64,000 nt of DNA from a bacterium (GTDB lineage: Bacteria; SZUA-182; DTGQ01; JAFGSM01), in assembly GCA_049472335.1 (NCBI GenBank), contig JBLIRO010000002.1, positions 32,001 to 96,000 of the forward strand, read 5' to 3'. A program made the translations under genes and the position numbers. This document shows positions 61,405 through 64,000 of this stretch, in pieces. The stretch's first letter is position 1. Every line of letters begins with the position of its first letter. The notes under the pieces are model-generated. The model was not told where the DNA came from. It saw only the letters and a program-made list of their open reading frames with translations, and did no database searches.

Positions 61405-62412
61405 TTAACAGATCCTGGGAAGGATCTCTCCTGCCGGGCGGTCGAGCACGCGTTTTCCCCCGATGACTGTATTGAGAATAACCTCTCCTCTTGAATCTTC
61501 TCCAACCTGTCCGATGATAGAGGCCTCTTTACCCAACGGGTGCGAACGGATGGAATTCATTACCTCATTTGTATCATCAGGGGCAACGATAGCAAGCATT
61601 TTTCCTTCATTAGCCACATACATGGGATCAATACCCAGGATTTCACATGCACCAAGCACCTGGGGGCGGACCGGTATCGCTTCCTCATCGATATGGAACG
61701 TCTTTTTTGATTTTTCGGCTAATTCATTCAACACGGAAGCGATTCCCCCTCTGGTAGGGTCTCTCATGCAATGAATGTTTGGAGATACGTTTAAGATGCC
61801 CTCTACCATTTTATTTAAATAGGCAACATCCGAATATATCCCTCCTGAGAAACCCAGCCCTTCTCTTTTACTCATGACCGCCATACCGTGATCTCCTATT
61901 GTTCCGCTCAGTATGATCTTGTCCCCGGTCTGCGCGTTCATTCCGGAGACATTCCCTGAATACTCAACCACCCCTATCCCTGTCGAATTGATAAATATCT
62001 TGTCGCCCTTGCCTTTGGGCACTACCTTTGTGTCACCCGTAACAATACTCACCCCGGCTTCTTTTGCGGTATTTGCCATTGAAGAAATGATTCGATCCAG
62101 GTCTTCTATTAAAAATCCTTCTTCGATAATCACTCCCACGCTTAAAAATAAGGGCTTTCCCCCGCACATTGCAAGATCGTTAATGGTCCCGCATACGGCC
62201 AGTTTTCCAATATCGCCTCCGGGAAAAAAGATCGGATCGACTACATAGGTATCTGTGGACATGCAAAGACGTTGGCTATTGATATTAAATATCGCCCCGT
62301 CATCCAGCGCGCCTAAAATGGGATTTAGAAAAGAGGCCAGGAAATGGTCTTCAAGCAATTTCTGAGAAAGCATGCCGCCACTGCCATGAGCAAGTAATAT
62401 CTTATTATTCAT
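61405..62412 (-). CDS. hypE: Hydrogenase maturation protein HypE
   Basis: LAHGSGG, FFPGGDIG.LAVCGTINDL, GDTKVV, RDPTRGG, ANEGK, C-terminal PRIC. Confidence 0.96.
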   Translation of the reverse strand: MNNKILLAHGSGGMLSQKLLEDHFLASFLNPILGALDDGAIFNINSQRLCMSTDTYVVDPIFFPGGDIGKLAVCGTINDLAMCGGKPLFLSVGVIIEEGFLIEDLDRIISSMANTAKEAGVSIVTGDTKVVPKGKGDKIFINSTGIGVVEYSGNVSGMNAQTGDKIILSGTIGDHGMAVMSKREGLGFSGGIYSDVAYLNKMVEGILNVSPNIHCMRDPTRGGIASVLNELAEKSKKTFHIDEEAIPVRPQVLGACEILGIDPMYVANEGKMLAIVAPDDTNEVMNSIRSHPLGKEASIIGQVGEDSRGEVILNTVIGGKRVLDRPAGEILPRIC

Positions 62413-62721
62413 GGTATTTGCCTTTCAATAAAAAGAATTGTATTAATAAAACTGTCTTAAGGTTTTTCAGTCCTTCAGGATGCCTTTAAATACTTTTCAT
62501 ATTTTATAACATAATTGTCTGCAGAATTATAGATTGAATTTTTAATAGATACATGATATTGTTGAGCCGTCAATCATTTTTTAATGCGTATTTATAAAAT
62601 TGAAAAAACATATATTTGTAAAAAAATAGAATGTTACATAAATTTAAATTTGTTATCATAAAATAAACATAAGATAACATCCTGTAATTATTGCTAAACA
62701 AACATCTGTTAGATTACTTAA

Positions 62722-62751
62722 TTGACAAAAACAAGGTGTTTTTATTATAAT
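62722..62751 (+). promoter_or_regulatory. Consensus sigma70 promoter upstream of the formate dehydrogenase gene
   Basis: TTGACA(62722)-18 nt-TATAAT(62746). Confidence 0.6.
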
Positions 62752-63049
62752 TTATAGATAGAAAAATATGAAAAAACTGGTTGATTTTTTAAAAGGCAGA
62801 TATTATGTTTTTAAATTCGACCTTGATATCAAATCTCCATTATCATTCCCAAAAAAACTTCCAACACCCTCACGCCTTTTTTGGTCGAGAGATTCTTTTG
62901 TCAAATCCATTCCCGATTCGTGAAATCCAGAAGGGGGGGTATTATCGAATATTTTTATTTTAGGTATTTGAGCAGGATTTAATTTTTTCCCCTGATTCCG
63001 ATCTTGTTTTTCAGATCTACAGGTTTAAAGAAGGAGGTGTTTATTCAAT

Positions 63050-64000
63050 ATGGAGCTTAGCAGAAGAGATTTTTTAAAGATCTCTGGGGCGAGCACGGCC
63101 GGTCTGGCATTAAAGGAGCTGGGATTTGATGCTGCCTCGGCATACGCTGCGGTCGCTCCTCTGAGGATAACCTATGCCAAGGAGACTACAACTATTTGTC
63201 CTTACTGTGCCGTTGGTTGCGGAATAATTATCCACTCAGTGAATGGCAAGGTGGTCTATACGGAAGGAGACCCCGATCATCCTGTGAACAGTGGTTCCTT
63301 ATGCAGCAAAGGAAGCTCGGTTTATCAATTATCCGCAAACAATCCGGCAAGGGCAAAAAAACCTTTGTATCGAGCCCCTAACAGCAGTGAATGGAAAGAG
63401 GTCTCCTGGGACTCGGCCCTGGACAAGATAGCTGAGAGGATCTACCAGACCAGGGAGAAGACCTTTATATCAGAGAATACCAAGGGGCAGACGGTAAACC
63501 GCACTGATGCCATGGCGTCTGTGGGCAGTGCTGCCATGGATAATGAGGAGTGCTATATTTATCGAAAATTTCTCACAGCCCTTGGACTTGTCTATATTGA
63601 ACATCAGGCCCGTATCTGACACTCCGCGACTGTAGCGGCTCTGGCAGAGTCGTTTGGTAGAGGCGCCATGACCAATCATTGGACAGATCTCGAAAATGCG
63701 GATGTTGTTTTGGTCATGGGAAGCAATGCAGCGGAGAATCACCCTATTTCATTTAAATGGGTTACCAAGGCAAAGGAAAAGGGCGCAACCCTTATCAGTG
63801 TTGACCCCAGATTCACAAGGACTTCCGCCAAGGCGGATGTATATGCCCCCATTAGATCAGGGGCGGATATCGCCTTTCTTGGGGGAATGATCAATTATAT
63901 CATCGAGAATAAGCTCTATTTTGAAAAATATGTAAGATTATACACCAATGCCTCCTTTATCCTTAACCCCGACTTCAAGCTTCCCGGAGACAACGAAGGT
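63050..64000 (+). CDS. fdnG: Formate dehydrogenase alpha subunit (FdnG/FdhA type), Tat-exported, selenocysteine at TGA 63617-63619; runs off window end
   Basis: SRRDFLK Tat motif; CPYCAVGC...C Fe-S motif; EHQARI-TGA-HSATVAALAESFGRGAMTNHW continues open in frame to 64000 (GSNAAENHP, VDPRFTRTS). Confidence 0.95.
63634..63654 (+). promoter_or_regulatory. Bacterial SECIS hairpin
   Basis: AGCGGCTCT-GGC-AGAGTCGTT stem-loop starting 15 nt after the in-frame UGA, with a G-containing apical loop. Confidence 0.75.

Noticed and set aside
62630..62690. Rex/ModE/Fnr-like operator in the hypE-fdnG intergenic region
   Set aside because: Only degenerate AT-rich symmetry (around AAATTTAAATTT); no convincing match to a consensus
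34..63890. Numerous short antisense or alternative-frame ORFs in the track (e.g. 11913..12308, 17075..17452, 38741..39214, 42280..42798, 49552..50064)
   Set aside because: They lie within well-supported genes and show no family motifs; consistent with shadow ORFs
1..64000. CRISPR array, rRNA, transposase/integrase or prophage genes
   Set aside because: No regularly spaced repeat-spacer series and no recognisable motifs for these were seen

Overview
This is a bacterial chromosome segment from a diderm, probably anaerobic organism. Gene orders such as rpsU-mutS2-dnaG-rpoD-tRNA-nif3-Zn ribbon-rnpB and ilvC-psd-pssA-leuA resemble Desulfobacterota-like genomes, but the taxon is an inference. 1-13.6 kb: an atypical Mrp/Mnh cation:proton antiporter operon (F,G,B',B'',B,C,D,D,...,D,D/A-like). 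A His/Glu-rich membrane protein, a REC-GGDEF protein and a HAMP histidine kinase are embedded in it by overlapping start/stop codons, and it ends in an orphan ABC-type substrate-binding protein. The last antiporter subunit has a greatly lengthened C-terminal lateral-helix region built from 24-aa tandem repeats and a K-to-E change at the TM8 lysine. This is the best candidate for an undescribed system. 14-28 kb: a 914-aa coiled-coil protein with strict 31-residue periodicity, polysaccharide deacetylase, RseC-like protein, pfk, archease, rtcB, an SH3 protein, an FG-GAP protein, a porin with a long leader, and ilvE. 28-37 kb (minus strand): rnpB, Zn-ribbon protein, nif3, tRNA(CAT), rpoD, dnaG, mutS2, rpsU, hisI. 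37-39 kb: a TIGR02757-like gene and a secreted protein with GxLYGL low-complexity repeats. 39-56 kb (minus strand): ilv/leu/asd cluster with doubled ilvB and ilvN, psd-pssA, a SEC-C protein and a heptamer-repeat insertion flanked by a 13-bp direct repeat. 56-64 kb: hypB, hypF, a PEP-CTERM protein, hypE and the 5' part of a selenocysteine-containing formate dehydrogenase alpha subunit (UGA readthrough). No CRISPR array, rRNA or transposase was seen. All family calls come from motif recognition, not database searches.
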